Origin: Leptogorgia sarmentosa
Lineage: Eukaryota
DNA: 64,000 bases
Direction of reading: 5' to 3'
NCBI GenBank assembly: GCA_964658305.1
Contig: OZ210885.1
Span: 11,718,001 to 11,782,000 of the forward strand
This document shows positions 11,329-24,899 of the stretch, one piece after another (within the stretch, counting starts at the first letter, position 1; each line of letters begins with the position of its first letter). The position numbers were made by a program, and so were the translations under genes. The notes under the pieces were generated by a model. It saw only the letters and a list, made by a program, of their open reading frames with translations. It searched no databases and was not told where the DNA came from.

Positions 11329-14120
11329 ATTTCATAACATTTTGAAGATCTTACTTCAATAGAGTCTCTTCAGAATTATATTTGTTATTTCTTTCGGATA
11401 AAACATATTCTTTATTATAAACTTCCTTAATGGTTCAATAAAGCAATGATTGATCAATTGGAGGGGAATATCATGTTTTGGAATAAATTTTCCCAATTAT
11501 TGCACAAAAAATACCTGCTTGCAACAGCATTCTAATATTGTAATTAAAAATTATGCCTAGAAAGAAAGCAATGTCTTTCCTTAATTGTTAGTATGGTGGT
11601 AGCCAGTGCTTTCATGTACAAGCACTATTTTAGGACTTTCTGATTTCTTTCAAATTTTTAAGCTGGTTGTATTTGTATATGCTAAGAGTATTTTAAAATG
11701 GCCATTAGATTTATCTATGCTAGCTTTCTAAATATACTTTGAGACAATTTGCTTGTGTGTGTATATTTCAACTGATTACCCTGTGTCGCAGATCTTAATG
11801 TATAAATTGTGATACTGTACAAGTAGATTCAAAAGACTTGGCATTTAGGCCGGGTATTGTATATTATATTAGCGTTTAGACCTCTTGTAAGTAATAATAG
11901 TCTGCCCTAAAAGTAGAAGCAGGCTATGAAACAAGGGCATACGAATCAAGTTGTAGTTTGGGGGGGGAGGGGGGGGGGAGGCACAGGGAGAACGGAATCC
12001 AAATCTTTACTATTAAATGTTGCAACTTTAAATAAGTTTCAACTTTAACTATCGATAACTTAGCAACAAGAAGACATGATATTTTTGGTTGGGAAAACTT
12101 ATTACTGTATTTGCAACTTGCAATCAGCAAGGCGGCATTTAAAAAAAAAACATATAAAAGCTAGTGAATAATGGAATCCTACAAAATATTTTAGTACATT
12201 TGGGCAAATTCTCATGTCTATCAGAAAGCTGTACAAATCCTAGGCAAGAAAGAAGGGCACTTTCTTTTTTAAAAGGACACTTTTTCTTATAACCTTGAAA
12301 GTTAGGGGGGGGGGCTCCTTCCAAGTGCCCCACCATCCTACGCCACTGCTCTGAATTGCATTTCATAGGGATATATCGACCAAGCCATTTCACATGTATC
12401 TAATTTATGCACGCGTATCGAATTGAACTACAATATATAATAGAATTCAATTACCGGAGAATGAATTGAATTACAAGCTGACAACAGAATATGAAAGCAT
12501 TTTATACCATTTGTTTTTAACTTATGAAATTATATAGATAAAGTAACCAATGAAAACCAACATGAATGTTGTTTGTAAAGTAATACTGTTTTAGATATAC
12601 TGTCCATTGCCAAGATACATATAGGTTTCGTTTGACTTATCTTGTCAATCTTGACCTCAGACCCTCTTATTCCAACAGACAAATTTGATATAGTTTGACC
12701 TGTTTTATAACTGTTGTGACAAACATTGTGCTGTACTGTTAGAACTTGGTAGGTTAGTTGCTTGAATAAATGTGATAATAATTTAATTTAATCAGTAAAT
12801 TTTCACAGCTACTCAGTGACATGAAAGAGCAGTTGGGCAACAGTTAAGAGCAGTTAAACACAGTTATGTTCCCAAACATAAGTATGAATACATGTGCAAA
12901 CTAATAATGATGTAATGCAGAAATGAAGATTTCCCATTGCGGTACGTGCTACAGTGTACGTACTGTTCAGAACTGTTACACTCTGGTTTTGAGTAATTGC
13001 AACGACGCAGAGTTCTTACGATCTTTCATTAGACTTTTCCGTAACTTTATGTACAGTACATAGGTATGGATATAGGTAGAAATAGCAATTATAAATTTAG
13101 GTACTCGAATATTTGCTCAGGAAAAAACTTTTTAGACTTTTCAGAAGTTAAATTTAGTTTTAACACTTATATTATCAAAAATTAGGAAATAACTTCAACA
13201 AACATTTAGAACTTTGTGGCCCAAATTAAACGTTGATTACGACTGCGTATTCCTATTTATTTTTAATAAACGAGAAGGAAGTTTGTTTGTATAAAATCCA
13301 ATTAAACACGTATGTATTGCGAAATTAACTATTCAATCAGCTTCAAGAAAAACTACCGTATTTCCTCTATTTAGCCCCTTGGGGGATATTTATGTTTTCT
13401 TGCTTTCAGGTGGGCGCTTATCTGAAGAGGGGACTAAGTAGATGGTGGGGGCTTAGTAAATTTTCACTCAAATCTGGTACAGTAAATATACTAATTCACA
13501 CAACACATCCAGAATATCAATTAACCTCATTACGCGTTCATGTTTAAAAAAAAATGAACGAATGTTTTTTTTTCATAAATGTTTTACTTGATTCTCAGCC
13601 GAATGGAACCAAAATGTTATCATCTCTTCCTTGTGCAATGGCGAACAATTGTGCAAGATGTTCGATATTTCTCAAGTTATCGTGTTCACAGACCAACACA
13701 CACACACACATACACACAAACGAACCAAGATGATTACATAACCTCCTTGCAGAGGTAATGAGCTTTAACATAATATGCAAAACTAACTGGAAGAATGATG
13801 TTACTTTGCACTATTTATTCGTGATCATGACTATTGTACGCGCCAGACGGTTCGGCCATATTTTGAGTATTTGAAGTTTATCCTGACACATTGGAATTTC
13901 TTTTTTGCGTAAATTTCTCTTCAATATCCTAACGGTATTAACAAAATCAACTTTCTGTATATGGACGACTGCAAAATCCATTGCCTGGACTTGCAGAGTG
14001 CATATATGAAAATCTCTCCTGTCAACGATCGAGTTATTGAATATATTTAGGATATCATGTACTTTGCTTTCCCTTGTTTTTTTGTGCCAGTTCGACTAAA
14101 GTGCAAAGTTTCTCGTTTAG

Positions 14121-14361
14121 ATTCAGGAAAAAACAATCCAATGCTTGTGTCTGCTTCAAACGATAGGACAATAAAAATTTGGGATTTAAAAACGTATCAG
14201 GAAATTCGTACCCTTGACGTTCGATTTCGTGTTACCAGTATTGCTGTGAGCGGTGATAAAAAGTATATTATCTCTGGAGGCGATGAAGGAAGTGTGAGGT
14301 TGTGGTGTTTCCACACTGGAAAGTCCCTTTCCTGTTATGAAGGTCATTCCGCGGACATCAG
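14121..14361 (+). CDS. WD40-repeat protein exon (phase 1-2)
   Basis: gtttag|at..ag|gtgggt. Encodes LVSASNDRTIKIWD and ISGGDEGSVRLW. Confidence 0.92.
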
Positions 14362-15682
14362 GTGGGTTCACTCCAGGAACTATTTAATTTACCGCTATTT
14401 TCTCGAAAGCATCGTTATATGGCAAGGCAACAACGAAGACCCGATATATAACATTAAGCTTAAGGCGCTCCATATTCTGTCTTATCCATTGTATACATTT
14501 AACACAATATTTCCCAGTCAGACTAAGACGTACTGCTTCTTGAAATCGGTTTTTGATTACTTGAAAAGATAGCGAGCAACATGAAGTTAATTTTCAGTTA
14601 TATAAGAATTTCTATTTATTTCACCATTATACTAATTGGCTCCCGGCTATAGTCGTGCTACATACTTTAAGCTTATTTGCAATGGACGACTTCCGCTTTA
14701 GAAAGATTTTAATGAGGGATAAACGAGGGACAATTTGTGACGTTATCAAAATTAGAAAAACTAAATGTTTGGTTGTGAAAAGTTGGATAATAAAAGGCCC
14801 ATCTAAAAGAATTCACGATTGGGCGCTTGAAAATGCATATTAGTGATTACCTTCTACCCGCGTTTGGGGAGAGACCAAATAAATCTTGTTGAAGTCTAGA
14901 TTCCTTCATATATTTCATTTTTCCAAAAAGATCGTTGTCAGAATTCTGGCAAGTTATCGCAGGGGGTGGGAGGGGTGCAGTAGCCTGCCCGGCCCACTCG
15001 CCCACTTCCGAGGTGTTGAATACGGAAAATGCTGAATTGGTGCCCATTTGTATCACGGGCGCTGAAACTGATAATTAAATTTGTTACTAATTCACGCAAA
15101 TACAAAAAGTATACAAATTTGTCACCTTTTAAGGACTGTATTTTCCGTACTTTGCAATCTTTTGCGATTGAATTTTGCAGTATTACTAATTGGTGAAAGA
15201 TTTTGTTCATCTTGCTCAGACTAAAATTTAGTCAGGAGCGTATGACATCCAATGCAACATTATTTTACCTGTTGTACATCTATCATTACTCTATCTTGTA
15301 CTGTTGCTTTCGTCGATATCAACAGTACTGAACTCCACAATATGTCTATATAGGGCTCCCATTGATAACAGCAATTTTTATTACTGACGGGACTACCCTG
15401 CGTAATTAATTGTTTTATCTATCTATCTATCTTCTTAATTGTTGTCGACTTAGTAATAGAACGATTTTTGCTAAAGATAAAGTGACCATAGATGTAGTTT
15501 TCATTTGCACTAACATTTGATGAATACGACATATTTCCCTGATCATTTATGAATAAATTATACAGCATATTTTGATAATATTGGTTTGTTAAACAATCAA
15601 TAGTCTGACAGAGATCGTCTTTGCCTTTTTTCGATAGAAAAAATTATTATTAGAAATAAACAATCAATTTGTAATATTTCAG

Positions 15683-15915
15683 CGGTCTTGCAATAATTCC
15701 CAATGCAAAGAAGGTATTGACAGCGTCATTGGATGGAAGTATTAGGGTTTGGAACCTGGAAACTGCTGCGTACATGGAACAAAACAGTTTCTCTGATCAT
15801 TCAAATGACGTCACAGATATTAAAATGTCTCGTGATGAGTCTAGATGGGTTTCCGCATCTACAGATGGTACTTTCAAAGTTTGGAATCTTCACACACAGT
15901 GCTTTTCTGTCACAG
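15683..15915 (+). CDS. WD40-repeat protein exon (phase 2-1)
   Basis: tttcag|c..acag|gtatag. Encodes LTASLDGSIRVWN and VSASTDGTFKVWN. Confidence 0.92.
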
Positions 15916-17060
15916 GTATAGTTCAAATTGTCTATTTGGGCTAGCTTTCTTATAAATAGGTTGCGGACGATCTCGTTTTCATTTCATTTCACTAAATTCA
16001 TTTTCATTTTACTAAATTCATATGAACCTAGCCTCAACCTTGTTAATTTTTGTGCTTCAAGTACTGTACCATGTTCAAAAACTACTATTTTTACGTAGAA
16101 CAGATTTACCTGGAAATTAAAATCTTGTAGATACTCGTGTATAATAAGCAAATCGGAATAGTTAATGAGAAACGTTCTTATCTGCAACGCTCTGCACTGA
16201 TATGAAGACAGAAAACCGGTGGTTAAGTACAGTTGAATGGATAGCAGGCTTTCGTAGATTAATTAGGCCTACGTATTGCCTTTTGATTTGTATGCCTAAG
16301 ATAATTACATGTAAAGAAAAGAATTACTTTGGCCAAATTCTAAAACTAATTCTTTCCAGTCCATTCTTTTGATAGTCTGCGGTCTAGTCCATTAGAATAA
16401 GGTTCAATATGCGACCACACTCCTAATATAAATTCCGAAGTGTTCAGTGGACACTAAATAAGTGTAAATTTGCACAATTTTGGTGTGGCTAAATGGGTGA
16501 GAGGGCGCGAATATTCCTATATCGTTTTTTGCATTGATTAATTTCTTTGGAAGTCCCTCCTATTATCGGTAATAAATACAAACCAGATTTTTTTATGAAA
16601 TTTATATATATTTAAAATATTGACAAATGGTCCAGCATGTGGGAACAATATTATATATTACATTACAATATATATTTGCATCTTAACTTTCACAATCCGC
16701 TAAATCGTATCAAATTCTAATGTACTTTCTCACAATTCCTATAAATATATAAAGGATGGTAGTCTAGTAGTTCATCGTAATTTATTGCTACAAAGTTATT
16801 TATCAATGCAACGTCATATGAATGGAGGTGCTTGCGATAGCTCAATGTGTGCATTTTTTTACAAGTGAAAAATACATCTCCATTTGTGATGATGAAAATA
16901 TCTTCTATGATAAAAAAATGGCAATATCGAATGCTGGTAGACAACTGCTGTGTAGGTTCCGGATATAATAACATCAACAAGCAACAAAAGTTCTACTTAC
17001 TACCTAAACGTTAGAAAACAAATTCACTGCCTATATCGTTCAGTTGGTGAGTAGAACTTA

Positions 17061-17514
17061 TTATATAACACTTTGTTAAATTAACGCGATTTCATTGGTT
17101 ATTTACGATCACGTGATATAAAATAGAAATTCCCATTTTCATGATCGTGCAATGGAACCGTGCAAATATTTCTTTCCATTGCACGGTGGTTTTAATTATT
17201 TTCAATCACTCAAAATGTTATCGCACGCATTTAATGGCGAATCCATGAACGTGGCGCGACCATGTGAGCGATGGAATTTTATTTAGTAAACTAACAAAAC
17301 AAAATGGCGGGTATTTCGTGTCAATGATTTATTTTGGTGTCATATAAAACAAATAATGAATGTTTATTTCGTGCAATGGAAAGAATATTTTCATTCGGTG
17401 AAAGATGGAATGTTCCATTCAACTCGGCTTCGCCTCGTTGAATAGAACATTCCATCTTTCACCTCATGAAAATATTCTTACCATTGCACTCATAAACATT
17501 CATTATTTGTGTAC
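17061..17514 (-). mobile_element. GA-hairpin element C
   Basis: IR ttatataacac / gtgtcatataa, cattggtt and cacgtg, hairpin ~17349-17510 with apex 17429-17431. Second copy at 29205-29575. Confidence 0.75.
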
Positions 17515-17730
17515 TATCAAGTTATATTAGATACAGTATTGAATCCACTACTCAAGATTTTTCTTTTCATTGTATAATATGAATCCTTAAATTGCAAAGA
17601 TTTTTACATTAATTTTAATAACGCGTCCAACTTGATCATGCACAACCTATTTGTGACTGTTACAGAAAATATCCTTTTAATGTTTACTTCAATTTCTGAA
17701 TTGATTATTTTTTCCTTCCTGATTAAATAG

Positions 17731-17840
17731 GTGACCTTGACTCGGCAAAACATGTTGCAGTCTCTGCTGATGATCAATATGTCGTGTCGCTGTCAAAGGA
17801 TTGGAATATCTTCGAGGTCTTGCCGAAGTCCTCGATAAAG
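17731..17840 (+). CDS. WD40-repeat protein exon (phase 1-0), not in the ORF track
   Basis: ttaaatag|gt..aag|gtgtag. Encodes GDLDSAKHVAVSADDQYVVSLSKDWNIFEVLPKSSIK, which joins VWNL of the next exon and supplies the needed phase change. Confidence 0.8.
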
Positions 17841-18723
17841 GTGTAGTACACAAGCCTATACTAGTCATACTGTGCATATAAAAATACAAAACAATAGAAA
17901 CGTCCAAACACAAGAAATTTTTTGAATTGTCTGTTCCACGTTTCGACTCGGCGTATTCATTATTAGGAATGTATACAATTTTTACAAAACATAGGTACAT
18001 ATAGCTACTTGTGAAATGCATTAATAATTCATGAAGAAAAGAAAGAGGAAATCATCAGCATGCACTGGTGTAAGTATATGTAATACGCAAATTTCGGTTG
18101 ACTGGCATAAACTATAAGTCTATAACTTTGATTTTCTGATGCTATATGATATCAGATGTGTTTTTAAAATTAAAGAAGGTTTGTATCAGACCCTAAAAAT
18201 CGAAGGTATGGACTGGAAACTCTGGCTTAAATTGCACGACATCCGCGTCTTGCGCTTTGTTTTGAAACCTGTACTTCACATTTAATCCATTCCAGGACTT
18301 CGTACTGACAAATTTTAAACCAGAACTGAAAGAAATGTGCATTTACATATAATATATAGTAAGAAAGCATAAGAATGACCGTTTTAAGTAGGTTATATTT
18401 TAATATTAAAAATAGTCTAGTAAAATTGTACATCAGTATATGGATTATTATTATTATTATTATTACACCATTTGCCCTTCATTAAGCGACAAGAGAATCT
18501 CATTAAGGTACGAGCATTGAAGCATTGTCTTTCAATTTCATAAACAGCTTTAAATTTCGACAGATTCAGTAAGTTACTAATTTACCATGTGTTATGGAAT
18601 GGATTCTCATGCAAGATTTAAACAAACTATACAGTACTGTGCAAAAGTTATAGGCACCTCGTGAAAAAAACATTTGACGCCATCTTATTGTAAACTTATT
18701 GTAAACTTATACGATTATAACTT

Positions 18724-19010
18724 AATTATCCCCGAGCCACGGCGCCAAGCGCCGTCCGGGCGTTAGCCCGGGGCGAGGGTAATAATTCCGCTTAAGGGAG
18801 TCCAAAGTTGATTGATTTGGCCGCCATTTTGGGTCATCGTGCATCGTAGGTCATCACTGATCTCTAAGATATAGCGGACTATCATGAATAGCCGAAGCTT
18901 TTTAGAGCTTTCAAGGAGCTTCTTAAAGCTTTGGAAGGGGAAACAAAGACAAGATCTGTGCGTAAGACTTGAAAAAGCCCTCTCACATGATATAAAATGC
19001 TGAGAAATGG
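18724..19010 (+). mobile_element. Y-hairpin element, copy 2 (right boundary uncertain)
   Basis: Homologous to 3013-3312. Confidence 0.65.
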
Positions 19011-19400
19011 CACGAAACGACAATGGATTGAAACACAGGATAAGTTTGTCAATATATTGTCGGCAGTGAACTTTTGTTTTGCGTATATTTACTACTTTCA
19101 TGAAAGGTCGCCGGCCGTAGCCGCGTTTAATCAATTCACGGCTCAATTCCAGAGTATAAGTTTATGTTTTTAAATGCAAGGCTTCATAAAATATTTACAA
19201 ACTTTAATCACAAGAACACGAGCGAACACTGGAGTCTGGCTGGAAATTGTTTCATATCAAAGACTGACTTGAATATTTAAAACGTTGTATGCAAATAAAT
19301 GTAGTATTTCGCACCAAATTCAAGTTTATATTAGTCCTAATAACGTACGGTTAACAAATGGTTCTCCAAATTAAAAAAAATTCCAATAAAACAAAGATAA

Positions 19401-20158
19401 ATATATGTTATTTACCGGCTGGGAGGTCCGTACTGAAAAATATTTTGTCGAGGTCTCAAAAACGGCCCGAGGCCGAAGGCCGAGGGACGTTTTTGAGACC
19501 GAGACAAAATATTTTCCAGTACGGACCGACCTAAATGGTAAATAACTTATTTATTTTTTTTCTCCTCGATGTTATGATAAAATTCGTCAAAAATTCCAGT
19601 GTTGCGAACTAGATTTTGAGATCAGTTTGTTTGTTTACTTTGCTACTCTATCGCAAGTATGGCTGCTAAACAGCCAAGACGAAGTGAGGAAAAACCCTTC
19701 AATATTGACGCATTCTCTTCCATATTCACGCATTTCCACTCAACATTACGATGAAAAAGGTGAACTTGTTAAGATTATTTATTTTCCCGGTCGTTTCACG
19801 ATAGAAACATGGTTAAAATACGCTTTAGACACCGAAATATTTCGCCGAGAATGTTTTGTTTTGTTTTGTTGATACTGCGAGACTTTTGTCTTTTGTTTTT
19901 GTCGCTGTAAATACCCCCTAAAATATCCCGTAGCATAATAAAATGGACTTTCGTGTGTTCTTTATCGCCTAAATTCGTTTTGAATATTTTAATAAGCGGT
20001 CATTCAGTTTTAAAAAACAAAAACATTGACTATATTTGTATTAAATCTACGAGAATGCATGCGAGCGGTCCGTAAAGTAGGTTACGGACCGCTCGGCAAC
20101 CAATCAGAAAGCTGTATTTAGGTTACGGACCGGGAGTTGCGGACCGGAAAAAAATAAA
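19401..20158 (+). mobile_element. GA-hairpin element D (opposite orientation to A, B, C, E, F)
   Basis: Hairpin ~19403-19550 with apex ggcc-gaa-ggcc at 19475-19477. IR tttattttttttc / ggaaaaaaataaa. ccaatcag near the far end. Confidence 0.7.
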
Positions 20159-21020
20159 AGCTGATATTTTGACTTTTTTCAAAAAAATACAAAAATATGA
20201 ATTCCGATCGTGTTGCCTTGACAACAACCTCAGGCGGCTTTAAATACTTCATGTTCCAAAAATATAGTTGCATTTTTTGGGAGTAAGGCGATGGGTTGCT
20301 GCATATATGTATTTCTAGTAACTTATTATAGACCGTGAACGAGAAAAAAGACCGTGAACGAGAAAAAAAATACTAAATGGCAATTATAACTTATACGATT
20401 ATAAGTTTACAATAAGATGGCGTCAAATGCTTTTTCACGAGGTGCTTATAACTTTTGCACAGCACTGTACATCAACTTCATTCAGACCTGTATGATGACG
20501 GTTTCAGGTCAACGTACTCATAACCCATTATAGATAATATTTGAAGTATGAATATGTGACCAGGTAGCAGATGGCAACATCAACAACAAATAAAGGTCTA
20601 CTCAATACGTATAAGTGTGACCGGATGATGCGTATCCGTATTTACTTATTTAGTTCGTTAAATGGCGTAGTTAGGCCACAGTAATTTCCTATGCAAACCC
20701 CAATTACGCAAATAGTTTCAAGCTTATCCAAGGTCATAGCTTAAGGGAAGTCAAAACTGCAGAATCATGCTTCTAGCATTATCTTGCGACGCAGATCCTG
20801 TTTTTGTGGTTAATTTTCTGTAACTTAAAGTTGGTTTTATCATGAGTGAGCTACCGCATATCTTCCCTTTACCACGCATTTTACGCAAATGCTACGCACG
20901 CGAAAATTGCTAATCTTCCTGTGTGTGACTATAAATTGAGCGCACAAAAGTATAATATCTTCAGTCGTTGTTGCGCAGTCACGGTTATATAGTATGGACT
21001 CATTCCAATAACGTATATTG

Positions 21021-21483
21021 TTATATAGTTGGTGTCAAAGTTCAATTTTCCTGTTTGTTGATTGGACAAAACCGTATCACGTGCCGGTCCACAAAACGTC
21101 ATGTTCGCCAACCGGTCAAAAATCAAAAAATTATTGACTGGGCAACAATTAAATGGGCACAATGCGCATGCGCGTCAACCGTGAAGTCCAAAGTTCATTC
21201 AATCGTACGATGTTTTGATGGCGTAAGGCGTCCCATTTAATGTCTGTTTTTTTGTTTCAAAGGTCACTCCACTGGTTCACTCCAGTATTAAACCGGTGAA
21301 TTCATTCATATTTTGACACTAAACTATATAACAAAACACTTATTTACTGAAACCTCGGGAAACATTGTGTTTTGTGGCCCCTCGACCGCCATTGTTGCCC
21401 TCGGCTTCGCCTCGGGCAACAACGGCGGTCTCGGGGCCACAAAACACAATGTTTCCCTCGGTCTCAGTAAATAAGTGATAAAT
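21021..21483 (-). mobile_element. GA-hairpin element E (diverged relative of A)
   Basis: IR 21021-21039 / 21312-21331, gattgg and cacgtg, hairpin ~21337-21478 with apex 21406-21408. Confidence 0.72.
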
Positions 21484-21536
21484 GTACGGACTCTACGTGT
21501 ATATTGGTCGTTCAATGGGGATATACGACGTATGTT

Positions 21537-22044
21537 TGTAAGAAACCACACGGATTCAAGCCTTGGGTGACATTAGGTAAATTGTTAGTTTTTACTGTGT
21601 AATCTATGCATTTCATTGTATAATTAGCTTTATATGTATGCTTTGTTAATCTTTGCGCTTACTAGAGTGTAGTAACGACCTTTGCTTGACCTTCTGTCGA
21701 CGTGTCGATTAGCAGTCGATTAGCGCTAGCTGTTGTAGCTGCCAACTGCTTAATTGCCTAAATAGTTCAATCACTTATGTATTCTGTGCTTAATAATATG
21801 GCTTTAGTTATGCTTTAGATTGTTTTATTGCAACCTATTATCTTTAGCTTTTGATTTGTATTTTGATTCATATTATCTCAGTTAATTGTCATATATTTAG
21901 TATATTTCCTTATTCTTGTTACATTAGTGTTCAATTTGTTCTCGTTTATTCGTTTATTGTATTTTGGTTTGTAATCGCTTATTAAATTCTTTAAAAACTC
22001 ACTCGTATCTTTGTGCGTAACCCGACCGTACCGGCCGTCTTACA
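21537..22044 (+). mobile_element. Possible solo LTR
   Basis: TGTAAGA..TCTTACA termini, ~508 bp, T-rich, ATTAAA ~60 bp before the end. No clear TSD. Confidence 0.4.
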
Positions 22045-23813
22045 TAAGGGATATACAAATGGATTTGACGTATCCCGCAAAAGGCCCTCGTCGGGAATTA
22101 GTGTAACACACTATTCGATCCCACCGAACTAAGGGCCTCTGCTCGAAACGTAAAATCCGTTTATATTATTTAGGTGGAGAGTAGACTCTTTGCTGCCTGT
22201 TAATAAAGCCACTACCAACACAACTGAGTATTTTAAATACAACTCAGTTCATTTGTATTGTATGTAGTTAGATAATCTGGAAGCAGATTAACCCGATCGT
22301 AAAATACCCCCATTACTAAAATCCCCACCATGCAATTTGTCATCTATACGGGAAAGACACTTACAGTACTATCTATTTTGTGTTGCTGGAAGACCCAGCA
22401 ACAACTTACTGAATGCTGAAGTTCTGTCATGTACGAGTTTGCATTTTGGTGATGCGACACACGATATGTATTGTTCAAGATCTGAACCTATATAGATATG
22501 TATAATTGACATTTGATATAGTCCAATTAATGTGAGGCTCGAGATAATCCTGTATATAATCGATGACTAGATGGGGCAAGAATCGTGGAAAAATTCATTG
22601 TGGACAACGCATGCATAAATAGTAATACTTGTCAACTGGTGAAAGAAATCAATTTTCAACTCCCCCCGCTCGTGTAGTGGAGGAGGTCTCATGCAGTTTA
22701 CAATTTATAACGTTCCTGTAACGGGATGGTTGTTCACATGTAAGATTGCGCCATCCACTGAATAACTACATTAGTGAACACACCAATTCCTGAGGAAGGA
22801 CGTTTCATTGAAACGTTAAATCTGTTCGAATCGTTCAGGTGGTGAGCAAGACTGTTGCTCTTTGTTGAATTTCCTAAAACAACCCGTTTAAACTCTGACG
22901 CGAATAATACTTAAATATTGAATTGAATATTCTTTTTTATCAATTGCCTGCTCCGTATCTGCGATTTTATACCTTCCCGAGCATTTTAACAACGGTTGAA
23001 ACATTTTCTAACAAGTATCTAGCCCTATCTGACTTTTCCACAATTGGCCACCGTTGCATGGCCGTTCCATTATTAGTCAAACGAAAACTCCAATAGACTC
23101 CTCAACTCAAGCAAACAGACAAACTTTCTGCAGTAGCTTTATTCACGAGGTTGTATATATGTAGTTAAACTGTTAAATGCATAAATAAAGTATGAAGACA
23201 TAAATTGAACAAAATCATCACAAAGATTGTGTTACTGAGAGTAATGTGCTTTCCAGCCTTTATATCCACTGATCTCGTACTACCGGATTTATCATCCTTT
23301 TGGATTCGTTCTGGAATTTTGAAGTTAGAAAATTTCTAATGAGATAAGATTCTAAAATGAGTGACATTGATCGCAATTTCCATAAATGGTATCGCAACAT
23401 TCATGTCTTTTGCAGTTTAAGACATACACAGAGCTTGTCATAACTTTTCTAGTGCTTTCTAGAACGTTTTAACAGCTTTGTAAAGAATCACACAGCGTAC
23501 ATCTTAGTGTGACCTCATTAGTTATTCACGGGCAAATTTAAAAGGAAAAAGACACAATTTTTGGAGGAAATTTATTCAGGCAATGTTTAATAAATATTTC
23601 AAGTAATAACCTAAAACTGTAGGAACTTCAAAAGCACCACAGTGGATTTTAGATGGTGTCACCAATATGGGCACAATTGGTTCATTTATGCATTTCCGAA
23701 GCTTTGTCCAGTCATATTCTAGGTCTGTTCTTAATACGTATATCTCGGAAATGAAAACGTAAAACCTAATCTAGAACGTATTAACTAATTTGTTGTGCTC
23801 TATCCCAATCCTT

Positions 23814-24710
23814 AAAAAATAGGTTCGCAAAGCGCACGTGTATCTGCGAATGGTGAAGCAGAACTGACGGATGAGTCGTCGGAAAGCGCAATCGGACATG
23901 CTAAAAAGTGCAGGTTGCGCTTAAATCTACCGCTAAAGTATTGGTTTGCAAGCAATAAATGAACCTGAACTAAAGCTAACGCACAAAACATTTAAACCTA
24001 GAACTATACTTAAACAGATTTCCTAAATCAGCATGCTGTCTTATTAAATAAGCGATGTTTAGTTAGTGTTGACTGTTCTCATATACAGCATTTCTCACCT
24101 TCCTCCTTCGACTCTTTCGTGAAAAATACAAGGAAATTCCTTGGGAAAAAACTTTCTTTGCGCCTCCAATATGCATAAAACTATGGCTTTATACTGAATA
24201 TCGTGGGATTACCTAATATTACATGTAAATGTCATTAAATTATTTAATTATATCGTTTTGGCCTTATTTCAATTTTGACCGCCATCTTGAATATGATTAG
24301 ATTTAACCTGCGAACAGGCTACTTCAGCAGAATGTATCCAGTTTTTATATAGCGTGCTGTGACAAAACCGTTCATGGGTCGGCCATCTGGACAGTGTGCT
24401 CTGTACGCATTTTCAATTTACAAATCGAAAGGCCGATAAAACAGCACGCTGCCGTTTCAAATCCTTTGTTAAATTACAACTGCACATTGACAGGGACCTG
24501 CAAAGTCAAGATTGTTTGCTTAAAGCGTCGTACTTAAACACTGCACTTCACATTTTCGCAGAAATCCGATCGAACATCGCCTTCACTCCTCGAACGCCGC
24601 CATCTTGCATTACGTAATTATAAGCAAAAGCTCGTCGCTGATTGGCTAGAAGCTAACAGCTAACAGCTAACAGGGTCATAGCATAGTATCTGCGTTCGCA
24701 GATACAAAAA
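23814..24710 (-). mobile_element. Helentron/DINE-1-like non-autonomous element, copy 1
   Basis: Both ends lie in A/T runs. gtatctgcgaa near one end and a gtatctgcg-tt-cgcagatac hairpin at the other. Closely similar to 44439-45402. Confidence 0.7.
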
Positions 24711-24899
24711 CTGCATAACTTCTGGTTTATAATCGCTTTAAGTAGCACGCATAATATAACTAATTAAACCTATTTACAAAGTCATTCATGTGCGTGTTTG
24801 TTATTATATTCATAATTAGTTTTGCTAAAATCAATGTAGTCACAAGTTTAAAGCGTTTTTTGCGTATCACACAGAAAAACTTTTCCTTTTATTTTCAAG

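Larger units (their letters stand above)
18632..20467. mobile_element. Tc1/mariner-like non-autonomous element
   Basis: TA flanks, ~68-bp TIR cagtactgtgcaaaagttataggcacctcgtgaaaaa. No transposase ORF. Contains two hairpin elements. Confidence 0.85.
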
